Shown: positions 17,676 through 27,690 of the stretch, one piece after another
How the letters are laid out: each line of letters begins with the position of its first letter
How positions within the stretch are numbered: position 1 is the stretch's first letter
Virus record (IMG/VR): IMGVR_UViG_3300022745_000017
Coordinates: 124,001-188,000 of that record
Length of the DNA: 64,000 bases
Reading direction: 5' to 3' (one strand)
Made by a program: the position numbers and the translations under genes
The notes under the pieces: model-generated
The model's input: only the letters and a program-made list of their open reading frames with translations
Told to the model about the DNA's origin: nothing
Database searches by the model: none

Positions 17676-19355
17676 ATGAACCCGAAGCACCTGAATGCTC
17701 TTGGACATTTCTCATACATGATCTTTAGCCACACGCAGATATCCCTCACCTTGCGAGAAACAGCTGCTGTGGCCAAAGACCTAGCTGTTAATACCCATAG
17801 CGATAGCGATACAGTGGTGGCAGATCTCTTAGAAGGTCGTGATTGGGATACCTTTGAAAATCTGGAGACCTATGACGATGTCTTGGAAGGCATTCGACGC
17901 TCAGATATCTTGCAGTCTGTAGCGGACTACTACATCGCAGCGATTCCTGATGATAAGCTAGCTAAAAAGCTCTTAGCGTCATCAAAGCAATTCATCTGGG
18001 GAAGGGATCTACTCAGCGTCGAGCAGGTTCGCATTTTCCTCAGCTCTATTCGCCCTGCAAATCCAGAACCCAAAGTTCTCAACATTTACAAGATGGACTT
18101 GGCTCAGATAGATGGTATTTACTGCGGTCGTCCTTCCATCTATGGCAATCTCTACGGCACTAAGGAGTTTGGCCGTGGTAATGCAGTGGTGCTCCATCAA
18201 GACTACTTGCAAAAACACCCTAAGTACGTCGAGGACATTAAACCCGACCTAGAAGGGCAAAACCTCGTTTGCTTTTGTAAACCCAAAGCTTGCCACTGCG
18301 ATAACTTACTGACCGTCTGCAACACGCCCAAAACCGAGAACCGGCTCTCTAAGCTCGTTGTAGCTGAAAAGCTGATAGAGTCCAAGCCTACACGATCTCT
18401 TATCGACAAAATAGTCGAAGACACAATTGGCAACGACGATACATTTTGGAGGTGGATCAGAGAGTTACAAGATCAGGTCAAAAAGCTGGACTTCTACTCC
18501 AAGCCCTCGGAAAAGACTGAGAAAGTCAATCAAGCCCCGCCTAAGGCTAGCCTGGGTTATGAGGGCTTACAGTACGAGCAAGGCGCTTGGCACTACACTG
18601 GCAATGAAGTCGTCAAGGAGTGCCTGCGCCGACTCCATGACACGCCGTCCGGGATTCCTAAGCAGGAGTCTTACATGCCTCGGGTGTGGGAAGAGTTTCA
18701 AGCAATGGCAGGACAGAGAGCAGCAACGCAGCTTGCTTCGCCTAAGCCGTGTGACCCAGCCCAAACCCAGCAGGGTGGTTACTTGGTGGACATCACTGAG
18801 TCTCTGCCTAAGAACTACATTTATCTGCCACACGACAATAGTGTAGCAGTGAAAACAGCAGACCTGGTTTGGTCGATCCAGCCCCACGCCGCCGGATCTA
18901 AAGAGCGCTACGAAGCTCTTTGCCAGATCTTACCCAACAAGCTGCACCAAACCCAACACCCCTTGTCTATCATTGTGGACTGTGAGAAGCTCAGGAAGAC
19001 CTTTCCCAACGGTTGTATCTGGATTACTTACACTCCCAGTGAAATGACTGACAGCAACGTCAGCATTGTCAAAGCGGTCTGTGGTGATTTGGCAGTACCT
19101 AACAGCAAGCAACTCCAGGCCTACACTTTCTCGGTGACTTGGGAGCTATGGAAGCCCCACCAGCACAATGCCGACTTCTTAGCTGACCATGGCCTGTACC
19201 AAGCATGTCAAGCCATCGCTGACTGGATCGCCATTGTGACGGAGTACGCAGCCATCTCTCCGGAAGGTACACTGATGGAGATCGGTGTGCCGGCCAGACT
19301 CAATCTGGGCAAATGCACTGCTGACATGACCAATTGCGAAATCTCGGAGTTCTAA
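17676..19355 (+). CDS. multidomain protein containing DUF4326
   Basis: IYCGRPSIYGN...LEGQNLVCFCKPKACHCDNL signature. Confidence 0.75.
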   Translation: MNPKHLNALGHFSYMIFSHTQISLTLRETAAVAKDLAVNTHSDSDTVVADLLEGRDWDTFENLETYDDVLEGIRRSDILQSVADYYIAAIPDDKLAKKLLASSKQFIWGRDLLSVEQVRIFLSSIRPANPEPKVLNIYKMDLAQIDGIYCGRPSIYGNLYGTKEFGRGNAVVLHQDYLQKHPKYVEDIKPDLEGQNLVCFCKPKACHCDNLLTVCNTPKTENRLSKLVVAEKLIESKPTRSLIDKIVEDTIGNDDTFWRWIRELQDQVKKLDFYSKPSEKTEKVNQAPPKASLGYEGLQYEQGAWHYTGNEVVKECLRRLHDTPSGIPKQESYMPRVWEEFQAMAGQRAATQLASPKPCDPAQTQQGGYLVDITESLPKNYIYLPHDNSVAVKTADLVWSIQPHAAGSKERYEALCQILPNKLHQTQHPLSIIVDCEKLRKTFPNGCIWITYTPSEMTDSNVSIVKAVCGDLAVPNSKQLQAYTFSVTWELWKPHQHNADFLADHGLYQACQAIADWIAIVTEYAAISPEGTLMEIGVPARLNLGKCTADMTNCEISEF

Positions 19356-19732
19356 TGAAACAACCTGACAAAATCATTCAAGCCACCATTTTCTCGACGT
19401 GCTACGTCGTTGTAGATGGTGAGACCCACCACCACGCAAACCTCGCTAACAAAGGCAGGCCCTACGATTACCTGGCTTCATGTCTAGAGATCGTTAGCGC
19501 CCGCTACCCTGGCCAGGTCATCAAGATCAATTGTGCCACGCGCACATTGGAGCTTCCATTTGTAGTGATCATCGCCCCCGACGAGATCACCGTTGACTAC
19601 ACTCCCGGCCACCAGCTAGAAAACAAAGTGACCCTCAAGCGAGACGAAGATCACCTCTTCAAAACCACTCGCATCCCGCAGCTCTATGACGCACTACAAA
19701 GCGCATGGAAAACCAGCTTGAAAAAGGACTGA
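19355..19732 (+). CDS. hypothetical protein
   Basis: GGAG SD, TAATG overlap. Confidence 0.7.
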   Translation: MKQPDKIIQATIFSTCYVVVDGETHHHANLANKGRPYDYLASCLEIVSARYPGQVIKINCATRTLELPFVVIIAPDEITVDYTPGHQLENKVTLKRDEDHLFKTTRIPQLYDALQSAWKTSLKKD

Positions 19733-19733
19733 T

Positions 19734-20108
19734 ATGAAACCCGATCACCCCGAGCTCATGACCAAAGGCGAGCTCGCTTACGATCAGCAGCTCCAAGAGT
19801 TCGCTGCCAAACTGAAGCCTGTGCACATCGAGCAGCTCTACTCACTCATCAAGAGCCGCCGCCCCATTGAAGATGGTTCTGTACTCAGCAAGTCTGCCCG
19901 TGATGATTTGTTGGAGATTGGCGCAATCAGTAAGGCCGTCTTCAATGGACAAGAAGGCTATCAGGTCTGCACCTACATGGGGGCTGAGCTGTTTCGCAAA
20001 GCTATGCACAAAGACGGCTTTGAAGCAGCGACGCTGGACAAGGCTATCGCTGAGTACAAAGCCCGCCACACGCCACCAGAAGACCAACCCATCTACTTCA
20101 CGGTTTAA
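19734..20108 (+). CDS. conserved phage hypothetical protein
   Basis: DG.V.SKS.RD.L.E.G motif; AAGGA SD. Confidence 0.75.
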   Translation: MKPDHPELMTKGELAYDQQLQEFAAKLKPVHIEQLYSLIKSRRPIEDGSVLSKSARDDLLEIGAISKAVFNGQEGYQVCTYMGAELFRKAMHKDGFEAATLDKAIAEYKARHTPPEDQPIYFTV

Positions 20109-20119
20109 GGATACCAATC

Positions 20120-20548
20120 ATGTCACACAAGCAAGTCAATCCAGCCCCTTACCTGCAACGCGCCATTTACGAATGGTGCCTCGCGTCAGGTTTCACACCT
20201 CACGTCGCATTCATTGCGACACCGGAAATGGGTGTGCCCATGCAGTACGTCAAGGACAACGCTGTCGCGCTCAATGTGTTGCCCAGTGCGGTAAACAATC
20301 TGACTTGGGGCGACGATTACTTGGCATTCGAAGCTCGCTTCAATGGCCAAGCCCACCACATCGTCATCCCAGTTACCCACATCTTGAAGGTGTTTGCCAA
20401 AGAAACGGGTGAGGGCCTGGATTTCATCCCTGTCTTACAAGACCCGATTCCCTTCGCTACGCAATCCCCACCAACCGATCAGCCCCATCCGGGTGAAAAC
20501 CCCTCGACTACCAAACCCCGTCCTAAACTGACCCTCGTGAAAGGTTAA
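20120..20548 (+). CDS. sspB: ClpXP adaptor SspB (stringent starvation protein B)
   Basis: PYL.RAIYEWC...GFTPH, F.ARFNG, C-terminal ClpX-binding RPKLTLVK. Confidence 0.9.
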   Translation: MSHKQVNPAPYLQRAIYEWCLASGFTPHVAFIATPEMGVPMQYVKDNAVALNVLPSAVNNLTWGDDYLAFEARFNGQAHHIVIPVTHILKVFAKETGEGLDFIPVLQDPIPFATQSPPTDQPHPGENPSTTKPRPKLTLVKG

Positions 20549-20550
20549 TC

Positions 20551-21306
20551 ATGGACCATCGCAATCCCTTAGGGGCCGCTCGTTTCATCCATACCGCCTA
20601 CGCACTCACCCACCCACTACAGTTTGCGTGGGAGCACGGTGAGCGTATCCACAAACTCTCCAAAGTCTGGGGTGCGTCAGCTAAAGACACTGTGGGCTAC
20701 CTCACAGAAGAAGCTATCAGTGTCTATGCGAACCACCCTGACACCAAGCAGCTGACCATTGCACACATTCAAAACCGCATGGCGCAGGAAATCTACACGA
20801 CTCTGGAGCGAAAAAGCGCTACTGAGTTCGAGTTCCTGGCGTTTTGCATCAACAAGTTTGAGTGCATGCCTGGTTTGGTGATGCGCCCCGGTGTCGTCGA
20901 ATGGGCTAAGCGTGCACAAGCCAACAAGACATCGCACCGCGTATCGATCCTGTCACCCAAATACCCCACCCTGAGCGACGATGACAAGCTCCGAAGTGTG
21001 CTGGTGATCGATGAGGAAGATGTCCATCTTACAGCCACCATCAGCCGCTTGGTGGAGACTTGCAACGAGTATGAGGTATGGCTCAGTTGCAAGACGATCG
21101 AAGCCTATGCCCAAGCTGTGACAGCTGCTATCGACTCTGGATCGGGGTTGCGAATAGCCCCGTGCTCCTTGAATTACGAATCCAACACCAGCAAAAGCTT
21201 TGTCCGTGCTAATCGCAATGGTGAGCTTAAAGGAGATTACACCACTGTAAGTGTCCGTATTCGAGACATCAACCCAGTCGGTAAGTTGTTGTTGCACTGG
21301 CAGTGA
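20551..21306 (+). CDS. hypothetical protein
   Basis: 251-aa ORF in operon. Confidence 0.75.
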   Translation: MDHRNPLGAARFIHTAYALTHPLQFAWEHGERIHKLSKVWGASAKDTVGYLTEEAISVYANHPDTKQLTIAHIQNRMAQEIYTTLERKSATEFEFLAFCINKFECMPGLVMRPGVVEWAKRAQANKTSHRVSILSPKYPTLSDDDKLRSVLVIDEEDVHLTATISRLVETCNEYEVWLSCKTIEAYAQAVTAAIDSGSGLRIAPCSLNYESNTSKSFVRANRNGELKGDYTTVSVRIRDINPVGKLLLHWQ

Positions 21307-21370
21307 TAGTTAGTAGGTAGGTTAAAGACCTACCTGCCGACATGTGGTTAACAAAATGTAGAGGATTACC

Positions 21371-21670
21371 ATGGCTGAAGAGCTGATCAAAAAGGTTACC
21401 CGAGACTTAAATGCAGCAGGATACGAACTCGTCGATGTACTCGATCCGAATAAACGATTCCTCATCCACCGCGTGGAAGACATAGTCGATCACCAGACAC
21501 TTAACGAGATAGATATGTGGCTATACACCAACGGTGTACACGGCGAGCTACCGCCTAAGCACATCGTTGATGGATTGACGCTTCTAGGTCTTACGGACTT
21601 TGAGCAGAGACGCTTTCATACTCTTAACGGCTTAAGCCACCTCAAAGTGTGGACTAAAATAAAGTCCTAA
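21371..21670 (+). CDS. hypothetical protein (family B)
   Basis: AAGYEL.DVL.P.KR...GV.G.LPPK shared with 21819 ORF. Confidence 0.8.
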   Translation: MAEELIKKVTRDLNAAGYELVDVLDPNKRFLIHRVEDIVDHQTLNEIDMWLYTNGVHGELPPKHIVDGLTLLGLTDFEQRRFHTLNGLSHLKVWTKIKS

Positions 21671-21738
21671 CGGTCCTTTAGCAGTGGTAGGCAGCTGGGA
21701 CTGCCTACCACTGCGTATCTATTTGACTCTATTTTTCT

Positions 21739-21818
21739 TCAGTCACATATGCTCTTAGTGAGTTGGTAATAATGCTAAGCTAACTTGTCTCATTCACTGC
21801 ATCGAGGAGATTGATATC
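21739..21818 (+). promoter_or_regulatory. promoter motif + pseudoknot leader copy 8
   Basis: TCAGTCACATAT; GU-rich stem 21758-21767/21779-21788; ATGC 21772-21775 pairs GCAT 21799-21802; SD GAGGAG. Confidence 0.7.
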
Positions 21819-22166
21819 GTGACAATGATCAAACAGCACCCACAGGGTGACCTGATCACCCGTGCAACTCGTATTCTGGCTGCGGCTGGATACGAGCTCA
21901 GCGACGTGCTCAATCCGGCCAAACGGCCGAAAATCCTGCGGCTTTATGCCGTGGGCCACTCGACAGTTAAAGCTGTCGATGAACACCTACATGCCAGTGG
22001 CGTGTACGGGAAGTTGCCACCGAAGAAAGTGGCTGCTGCGTTGAGCAGCATGGGCCTCACCGAGGCCCAACAGCGCCACTTCCACACCTTGGGCGGCGTG
22101 AAGTGGCTTACAGAGCACCTCACGGTGCATGACTTGAATGGGGAGGACCAAAATGGCACTGTCTGA
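21819..22166 (+). CDS. hypothetical protein (family B)
   Basis: paralog of 21371..21670. Confidence 0.8.
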   Translation: MTMIKQHPQGDLITRATRILAAAGYELSDVLNPAKRPKILRLYAVGHSTVKAVDEHLHASGVYGKLPPKKVAAALSSMGLTEAQQRHFHTLGGVKWLTEHLTVHDLNGEDQNGTV

Positions 22167-22425
22167 GAAAGAGATCTCCCAGGCTAAGGCCTGGGTGGAT
22201 GGCCTGCGTAACGAGGCCAAGTAGTCACTGCCGGAAGGCAGTGACTACAAGGACATGGCAGCCCATGTCCATGAGTACATCCAAATGGCCATGGAGCCTT
22301 TTGGATGGGACGACGAGCTGGTGGCTCGTCAGCCTGAAAAGGCTAAGCTGGCGACATGGGTGCTGAGCACCATGCCTGATGGGTACAATTGCCCACGCAG
22401 TTTCCTGGACTGGCTTAACGCCTGA
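22153..22425 (+). pseudogene. 90-codon gene interrupted by in-frame TAG (22222-22224)
   Basis: GGAGG SD, MALSEKEISQAKAWVDGLRNEAK*SLPEGSDY...LDWLNA; fills otherwise empty gap before terminator. Confidence 0.6.
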
Positions 22426-22510
22426 TCCGGAGAAACTGCCAAAAGAGCCCGAGGACTCTTTTTTCTTTTCTCTCTCAGCTAACATATTTTGACTGAACTA
22501 GGAGCTCATC

Positions 22511-23320
22511 ATGCAAATTCTCGCACAAGCTTACCAACACATCTTGGACAACGGCGTTGTCAAGACAGACCGCACTGGCACTGGCACGATCAGTGTCTTT
22601 GGTATGAACATGCGCTTTGACTTAGCCAAAGGCTTTCCGATTGTCACCACGAAGAAGGTTTTCTTCAAAGCCGTGGTACTAGAGCTGCTATGGTTTTTGC
22701 GCGGCGATAGCAACATCAACTGGCTCAAAGAGCGCGGTTGCAACATCTGGAATGAATGGGCTGATGCCAAGGGCGATCTTGGCCCTGTCTACGGTGTGCA
22801 GTGGCGCTCTTGGCCTTGTAACAACGGTAATACAATTGATCAAATCGCAGCTGTTATCCATCAACTCAAGCACACCCCTGATAGTCGCCGAATCATCGTG
22901 AGTGCTTGGAATGTCGGCCAACTCCACGAGATGGCTTTGATGCCATGCCACGCATTCTTTCAGTTTTACGTGACCCCAGCTACTGACACTAGCCGAGCCA
23001 AGCTCAGCTGTCAGCTCTATCAGCGCAGTGCAGACATGTTCCTGGGAGTGCCTTTCAACATCGCTAGCTACGCCCTGCTTGTGCACATGATCGCCCAGCA
23101 GGTGGATATGGATGTCGGTGAGTTCATCTGGACGGGTGGGGATTGTCACATCTACACCAACCACTTGGATCAAATCCGCCAGCAACTCTCTCGGGACCCA
23201 CTAGCCCTTCCCCAAATCAAGATCACCAAAAAGCAAGATATCAACAGCTACAACTTGGAAGACATCGAGTTGATCGGCTACGATCATTACCCCGCAATCA
23301 AAGCACCCGTCGCCGTATGA
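22511..23320 (+). CDS. thyA: thymidylate synthase
   Basis: [31 protein letters not shown]. Confidence 0.97.
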   Translation: MQILAQAYQHILDNGVVKTDRTGTGTISVFGMNMRFDLAKGFPIVTTKKVFFKAVVLELLWFLRGDSNINWLKERGCNIWNEWADAKGDLGPVYGVQWRSWPCNNGNTIDQIAAVIHQLKHTPDSRRIIVSAWNVGQLHEMALMPCHAFFQFYVTPATDTSRAKLSCQLYQRSADMFLGVPFNIASYALLVHMIAQQVDMDVGEFIWTGGDCHIYTNHLDQIRQQLSRDPLALPQIKITKKQDINSYNLEDIELIGYDHYPAIKAPVAV

Positions 23321-23862
23321 ATAACACCCCTGAGATTTGCCTGATTGCAGCCATGGCAAAAAACGCTGTCATTGGCAACAATGGAAAAATACCTTGGCAC
23401 GCTCCCGAGGACTTGAATTACTTCAAGAAAATCACCACAGGACAAACGGTGGTTATGGGGCGAAAAACTTGGCTGTCGCTACCTGAGGCTGTCAGGCCTT
23501 TACCAAATCGCACCAACCTGGTTTTATCGCGTTACAAAGGGGTATTGTTGAATGGAGCCACGATAGTCAGTAGCATGGAAGAAGCCATTGCGCAGACCAC
23601 TACCCCTAAGTTATTCATCATTGGTGGAGCGCAAGTCTACGAGAGTGTTGGGCATTTAGCTACCGAGCTACACATCACGACCATCGACAAAAACGTGGTA
23701 GGCGATAGTGTTTTCCCAGTACAGGTGTTAGCGCATTGTGACCCAGTTGGTTTTCACAAACTGCGCGGTTTAGCTATCACAGTGACGACCTTCCGCAGGC
23801 ACAATTTAATCGACCAATATATGCGAAAACATCCTCCAGGCACACCAGTCAATTCTTTGTAG
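23317..23862 (+). CDS. folA: dihydrofolate reductase
   Basis: [39 protein letters not shown]; ATG overlaps thyA stop. Confidence 0.93.
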   Translation: MNNTPEICLIAAMAKNAVIGNNGKIPWHAPEDLNYFKKITTGQTVVMGRKTWLSLPEAVRPLPNRTNLVLSRYKGVLLNGATIVSSMEEAIAQTTTPKLFIIGGAQVYESVGHLATELHITTIDKNVVGDSVFPVQVLAHCDPVGFHKLRGLAITVTTFRRHNLIDQYMRKHPPGTPVNSL

Positions 23863-23965
23863 CGGGGACTGCTTAGAGCTACCTGCTACCCAATTTATTA
23901 GCCCGGTGCCCTTAGCATTAAGCGGAACAACACCGACCCCATCTTTTCTTTTGTTAGTCAACCCA

Positions 23966-25939
23966 ATGATCACCGCAGACCCCTCTTTCGATTACGCTAA
24001 GGCCTCACGCGAGCGTTTCAAAGATTACAAACTCCCCACGGTCTTCCAGCAGTTCATGCACAAGGCGCACTACGCCCGCTGGCTGTACCCTGATAAGCGC
24101 CGAGAGAATTGGCGTGAAACAGCTGGGCGTTACTGTCTGTTCTTCGAAAAGCGGTTTCCAGGGATCTTCCCCACGGAAGAAGCATACGAGTACATCGCCA
24201 CCCTGAAGAGCATGCCCAGTATGCGGGCACTGTGGACAGCGGGCCCAGCGCTTGACCGCGACGAGATCTCTGCTTTCAACTGCTCGTTTACTGCCATCAA
24301 CGACCCGAAGAAGTTCGACGAGATCATGTACGTGCTCTCATGTGGCACGGGCGTTGGCTTCTCGGTAGAGAAAAAGCACGTCAACAAGCTACCGGTTGTG
24401 CCGTTTTACATGCGTCGCAACAAAGAAGTCATCGTCGTCGAGGACTCCAAAGACGGCTGGCAGATGGCTTATCGCCGCTTGATCCAGTGCTTGTACCGGG
24501 GACAAATCCCGACATGGGACACAAGTCAGGTACGGCCCAAGGGTGCGATCTTGAAAACATTTGGTGGTCGAGCCTCTGGCCCCATCCCACTTGAAGAGCT
24601 CTTTTACTTCACCAAGAAGATCTTCCGCCGAGCGCACGGTCGCCGCCTGACCACCCTGGAATGCCATGACATCGTTTGCAAGGTGGCTCGCTCGATCGTC
24701 TCTGGTGGTGTGCGTCGTTCCGCATTGATCTCCATCTCGGATCTCGATGACCAACTGATGCGCACAGCCAAGCCCCAGAACTTCTGGCTGGCAAACCCGC
24801 AACGTGGCCTGGCCAACAACAGTGCTGTCTACGACAACACTCCCACCGAAGAAGACTTCGACAAAGAGTGGGCTGCATTGGTGGCCTCTCGCACTGGTGA
24901 GCGTGGCTTCTTCAACCGTGGTGGTATGGTCGCCATGCTACAACAGCTGGGTCGTCGTGACGTGGCCATCCTAGTGGAAGAAGGTGGTCTCAATCCGTGT
25001 GGTGAAATCTTCTTGCGCCCCGATGGTTTGTGCAACCTCACCGAAGCCGTGGTGCGTGCTGGCGACACACTCGATCAGCTCAAGGAAAAGGTGCGTGTTG
25101 CAGCCATCCTTGGCACGTTCCAAGCGACACTGTCGAACTACCGCGACAACATCGACCCCAACTGGAAGAAGAACCAAGAAGAAGAGCGCTTGCTGGGCGT
25201 GTCCCTGACAGGTATCTTGGATCACGAGGTCTTGCAACAAGCCACCGAAGAAACCGCAGTTTGGCTGCGTGAACTCAACGCTGTGGTGGTAGCGACCAAC
25301 GTCATCTGGGCGGCTAAGCTGGGCATCCGGCCTGCCGCAGCAGCGACTTGTGTCAAGCCTTCTGGCACTGTGTCACAACTGGTGGACTCAGCATCGGGCG
25401 CACACACCCGTCACAACGACTACTACATCCGTCACAAGGTGATCGCCAAGACTGATCCTCTGGCCAAGTTCTTCCGTGCCAAGGGTTATCCGATCAAGGA
25501 CGATTACTACGAGCCAGCTATCAGTGACGTGATTGCCTTCCCGGTAAAAGCTCCCGAAGGCGCTGTGCTGCGCCACCATCGCTCTGCCATCGAGCAGCTC
25601 GAACACTATCTCATCATCCGTGAGAACTGGTGTGACCACAATCCGAGCATGACGGTGTATGTGCAAGACCACGAGTGGGGCGACTCCCAGACACCTGGCA
25701 CAGTTGGGCACTGGATGTACAAGCACTTCGAGAAGGTCGGCGGTGTGAGCTTCTTGCCTTCGGACAACAGCTCTTACAAGCAGTTGCCGTTTGAAGACTG
25801 TGATGAGTCGCACTACGGCGTCTGCAACGAAGCCTTCCCCGATGACATTGACTGGGATGAGATGGCTGCGTTCGAGAGCGAAGACATGACTTCTGGTGCA
25901 CAGGAGTTGGCGTGTGTTGGCGGTATGTGCACGCTGTAA
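23966..25939 (+). CDS. nrdJ: adenosylcobalamin-dependent (class II) ribonucleotide reductase
   Basis: PSMRALWTAG, FNCSF, GGVRRSALI, NPCGEI, TCVKPSGTVSQL, C-terminal CVGGMC. Confidence 0.93.
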   Translation: MITADPSFDYAKASRERFKDYKLPTVFQQFMHKAHYARWLYPDKRRENWRETAGRYCLFFEKRFPGIFPTEEAYEYIATLKSMPSMRALWTAGPALDRDEISAFNCSFTAINDPKKFDEIMYVLSCGTGVGFSVEKKHVNKLPVVPFYMRRNKEVIVVEDSKDGWQMAYRRLIQCLYRGQIPTWDTSQVRPKGAILKTFGGRASGPIPLEELFYFTKKIFRRAHGRRLTTLECHDIVCKVARSIVSGGVRRSALISISDLDDQLMRTAKPQNFWLANPQRGLANNSAVYDNTPTEEDFDKEWAALVASRTGERGFFNRGGMVAMLQQLGRRDVAILVEEGGLNPCGEIFLRPDGLCNLTEAVVRAGDTLDQLKEKVRVAAILGTFQATLSNYRDNIDPNWKKNQEEERLLGVSLTGILDHEVLQQATEETAVWLRELNAVVVATNVIWAAKLGIRPAAAATCVKPSGTVSQLVDSASGAHTRHNDYYIRHKVIAKTDPLAKFFRAKGYPIKDDYYEPAISDVIAFPVKAPEGAVLRHHRSAIEQLEHYLIIRENWCDHNPSMTVYVQDHEWGDSQTPGTVGHWMYKHFEKVGGVSFLPSDNSSYKQLPFEDCDESHYGVCNEAFPDDIDWDEMAAFESEDMTSGAQELACVGGMCTL

Positions 25940-26069
25940 TCGCTGATGCTTAGGCATAGCCCAGGTAGTATTGCTAGCGCAATACTACCTGGGATTATGT
26001 TTGTAGAGTATTTTAACCACTTATTACAACTAGGATCACTATTGATCTGTTCTAAAAGGAAAACCAAAT

Positions 26070-26564
26070 ATGCAACAAGATTTCGAAGAGTTCATTAAAG
26101 GCTACCCCGTCGTCATTATCACGCGCAATGGACAGCCCGTACTGGCCCATAAGTCACAGGGCCTTTACCATTTCGAAGTCTGCGGTGTCGCTCACCGCAT
26201 TCGCTCGGCTGACATTCAGGCAGTCTGTAGATACATTGACGCCACATACAGCACAGTGATTAGCCTTAATGTCGCTGAAGCTGTTGTGCAAGAACAACTC
26301 TGTAAAAACAAAGCAGGCATCTGCGTCGTGTTTATTATGCCAGAACTTGCCCTTCATATGTTTGAAGACGATGGTGAGGTCGTAACGACGCTGTGCGCTG
26401 ACGACGAACAGATCGCAGAAGCGTCACTGCAAAAAGACGGAAACGTCATCTACTCCTGTGTTGACAAGTTGGCCAGTATGCACTTGTTGACAAGTCGACT
26501 GATGTCCGCGCGTACCTGGTTGCGTGGTTTGATGCCACATCGCCCCACCTCTGCTTTTGCTTGA
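26070..26564 (+). CDS. hypothetical protein
   Basis: AAGGA SD. Confidence 0.75.
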   Translation: MQQDFEEFIKGYPVVIITRNGQPVLAHKSQGLYHFEVCGVAHRIRSADIQAVCRYIDATYSTVISLNVAEAVVQEQLCKNKAGICVVFIMPELALHMFEDDGEVVTTLCADDEQIAEASLQKDGNVIYSCVDKLASMHLLTSRLMSARTWLRGLMPHRPTSAFA

Positions 26565-26575
26565 AGGAGATCACC

Positions 26576-26740
26576 ATGTCTTTTGGAATCATCGTCTTTT
26601 TAGGTTGTTTGCTATTTCTTATCGCTGTCGCTTGGCTGGCTGTTGGTCCGAGCATTCGTGACAACGATGATGACATCTCCAAGCGCATGCGCGAGACAGA
26701 ACCGACCTGCCCCAATCTGTGGTACGACCGCTTTAACTAA
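26576..26740 (+). CDS. 54-aa single-TM protein (not in ORF track)
   Basis: AAGGAG SD; MSFGIIVFLGCLLFLIAVAWLAVGPSIRDNDDD... Confidence 0.65.
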   Translation: MSFGIIVFLGCLLFLIAVAWLAVGPSIRDNDDDISKRMRETEPTCPNLWYDRFN

Positions 26741-26753
26741 TCTGGAGTCAATC

Positions 26754-27209
26754 ATGTACGCTTCATGTCCTTCCGACATTCGACAACTCGCATGCAAAGG
26801 TGACGCCGTCACTTTCGAGCAAGTCATCCGCCGAACCTTCGATGAGGAAAGCGCCGGTGATATTCTCTCACAAAAACACATCACTTTTGACACGCATTTT
26901 GGTGATCTCAAAGGCAAACCTAACTTTTTGCGTGGCGGCAGCTATGCTGAGATCGAAGCTAAGGTTGAGAATCGCTTCAATCACCTTAGTGAAGCTGAAG
27001 CCAAGGTTCGTGGCCTGATCATGATCAAAGAAGAGCTACTATGGCAACACGCCTGGAATCTCTCGGGGTATGCCCCAATAATCTCTGCGACCACACTCCG
27101 TAGCACACCCTTGTGGATGTTGATGTACGTGATCAACCACTACCAAGAAAAGCGTGTCAAGAAGACCTTACTAACTCGCCTGAAAGGACTTGTCAACCAT
27201 GGGAATTGA
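26754..27209 (+). CDS. hypothetical protein (family D)
   Basis: GGAG SD at ATG 26754; TFDEESAGDIL resembles next gene. Confidence 0.75.
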   Translation: MYASCPSDIRQLACKGDAVTFEQVIRRTFDEESAGDILSQKHITFDTHFGDLKGKPNFLRGGSYAEIEAKVENRFNHLSEAEAKVRGLIMIKEELLWQHAWNLSGYAPIISATTLRSTPLWMLMYVINHYQEKRVKKTLLTRLKGLVNHGN

Positions 27210-27690
27210 AGTAACTGACTTGCGCCAAGTCATTAAAAAGCCAGACTATACTGTTGAAGACTTAGTCAACTACTTCTTCGATGAGTTGTCAGCAAGGGAC
27301 ATCTTGCGCAACCCGATCCTCTATGGGAGGACGTTCGAAACTTTGACCGGAATTCCAAAAGAATTTGACATCCGCAAGAACCTCATGTACTTGAATACTG
27401 ATTCACAAGGTGACTCTTATTTTGACTATGAGCGTCACCGCATGATGTTTCAGAAAATGCACAACGAGCGGTTCTCGATTCTGATGAGTCGTCCGGGGAT
27501 TGTTTGTGACATTAGCAAAATGCTGGTCATCGACATCTTGCGACTTATCAACGAGCACATCGATGAAACCCTGAACCGCTCCTCTTTGTCATTCGTGTAC
27601 TGGATACAGCGAGTGACTGGTACACCCAAGAGCGATCTTATCAACGAAGTCATACTGGTGAATTTAGAAAATGGAACAAAACACGTTTAA
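27199..27690 (+). CDS. hypothetical protein (family D)
   Basis: FFDELSARDIL; AAGGA SD. Confidence 0.75.
   Translation: MGIEVTDLRQVIKKPDYTVEDLVNYFFDELSARDILRNPILYGRTFETLTGIPKEFDIRKNLMYLNTDSQGDSYFDYERHRMMFQKMHNERFSILMSRPGIVCDISKMLVIDILRLINEHIDETLNRSSLSFVYWIQRVTGTPKSDLINEVILVNLENGTKHV

Noticed and set aside
2553-21818. Repeated TCAGTCACATATA units as a CRISPR array or mobile-element ends
   Set aside because: Copies are kilobases apart, each directly upstream of a gene; no regular spacers, cas genes, transposase or target duplications
23966-25939. Intein or intron in the RNR (also checked for the ligase, helicases and RNAP subunit)
   Set aside because: Lengths are ordinary, reading frames are continuous and no intein terminal motifs were seen
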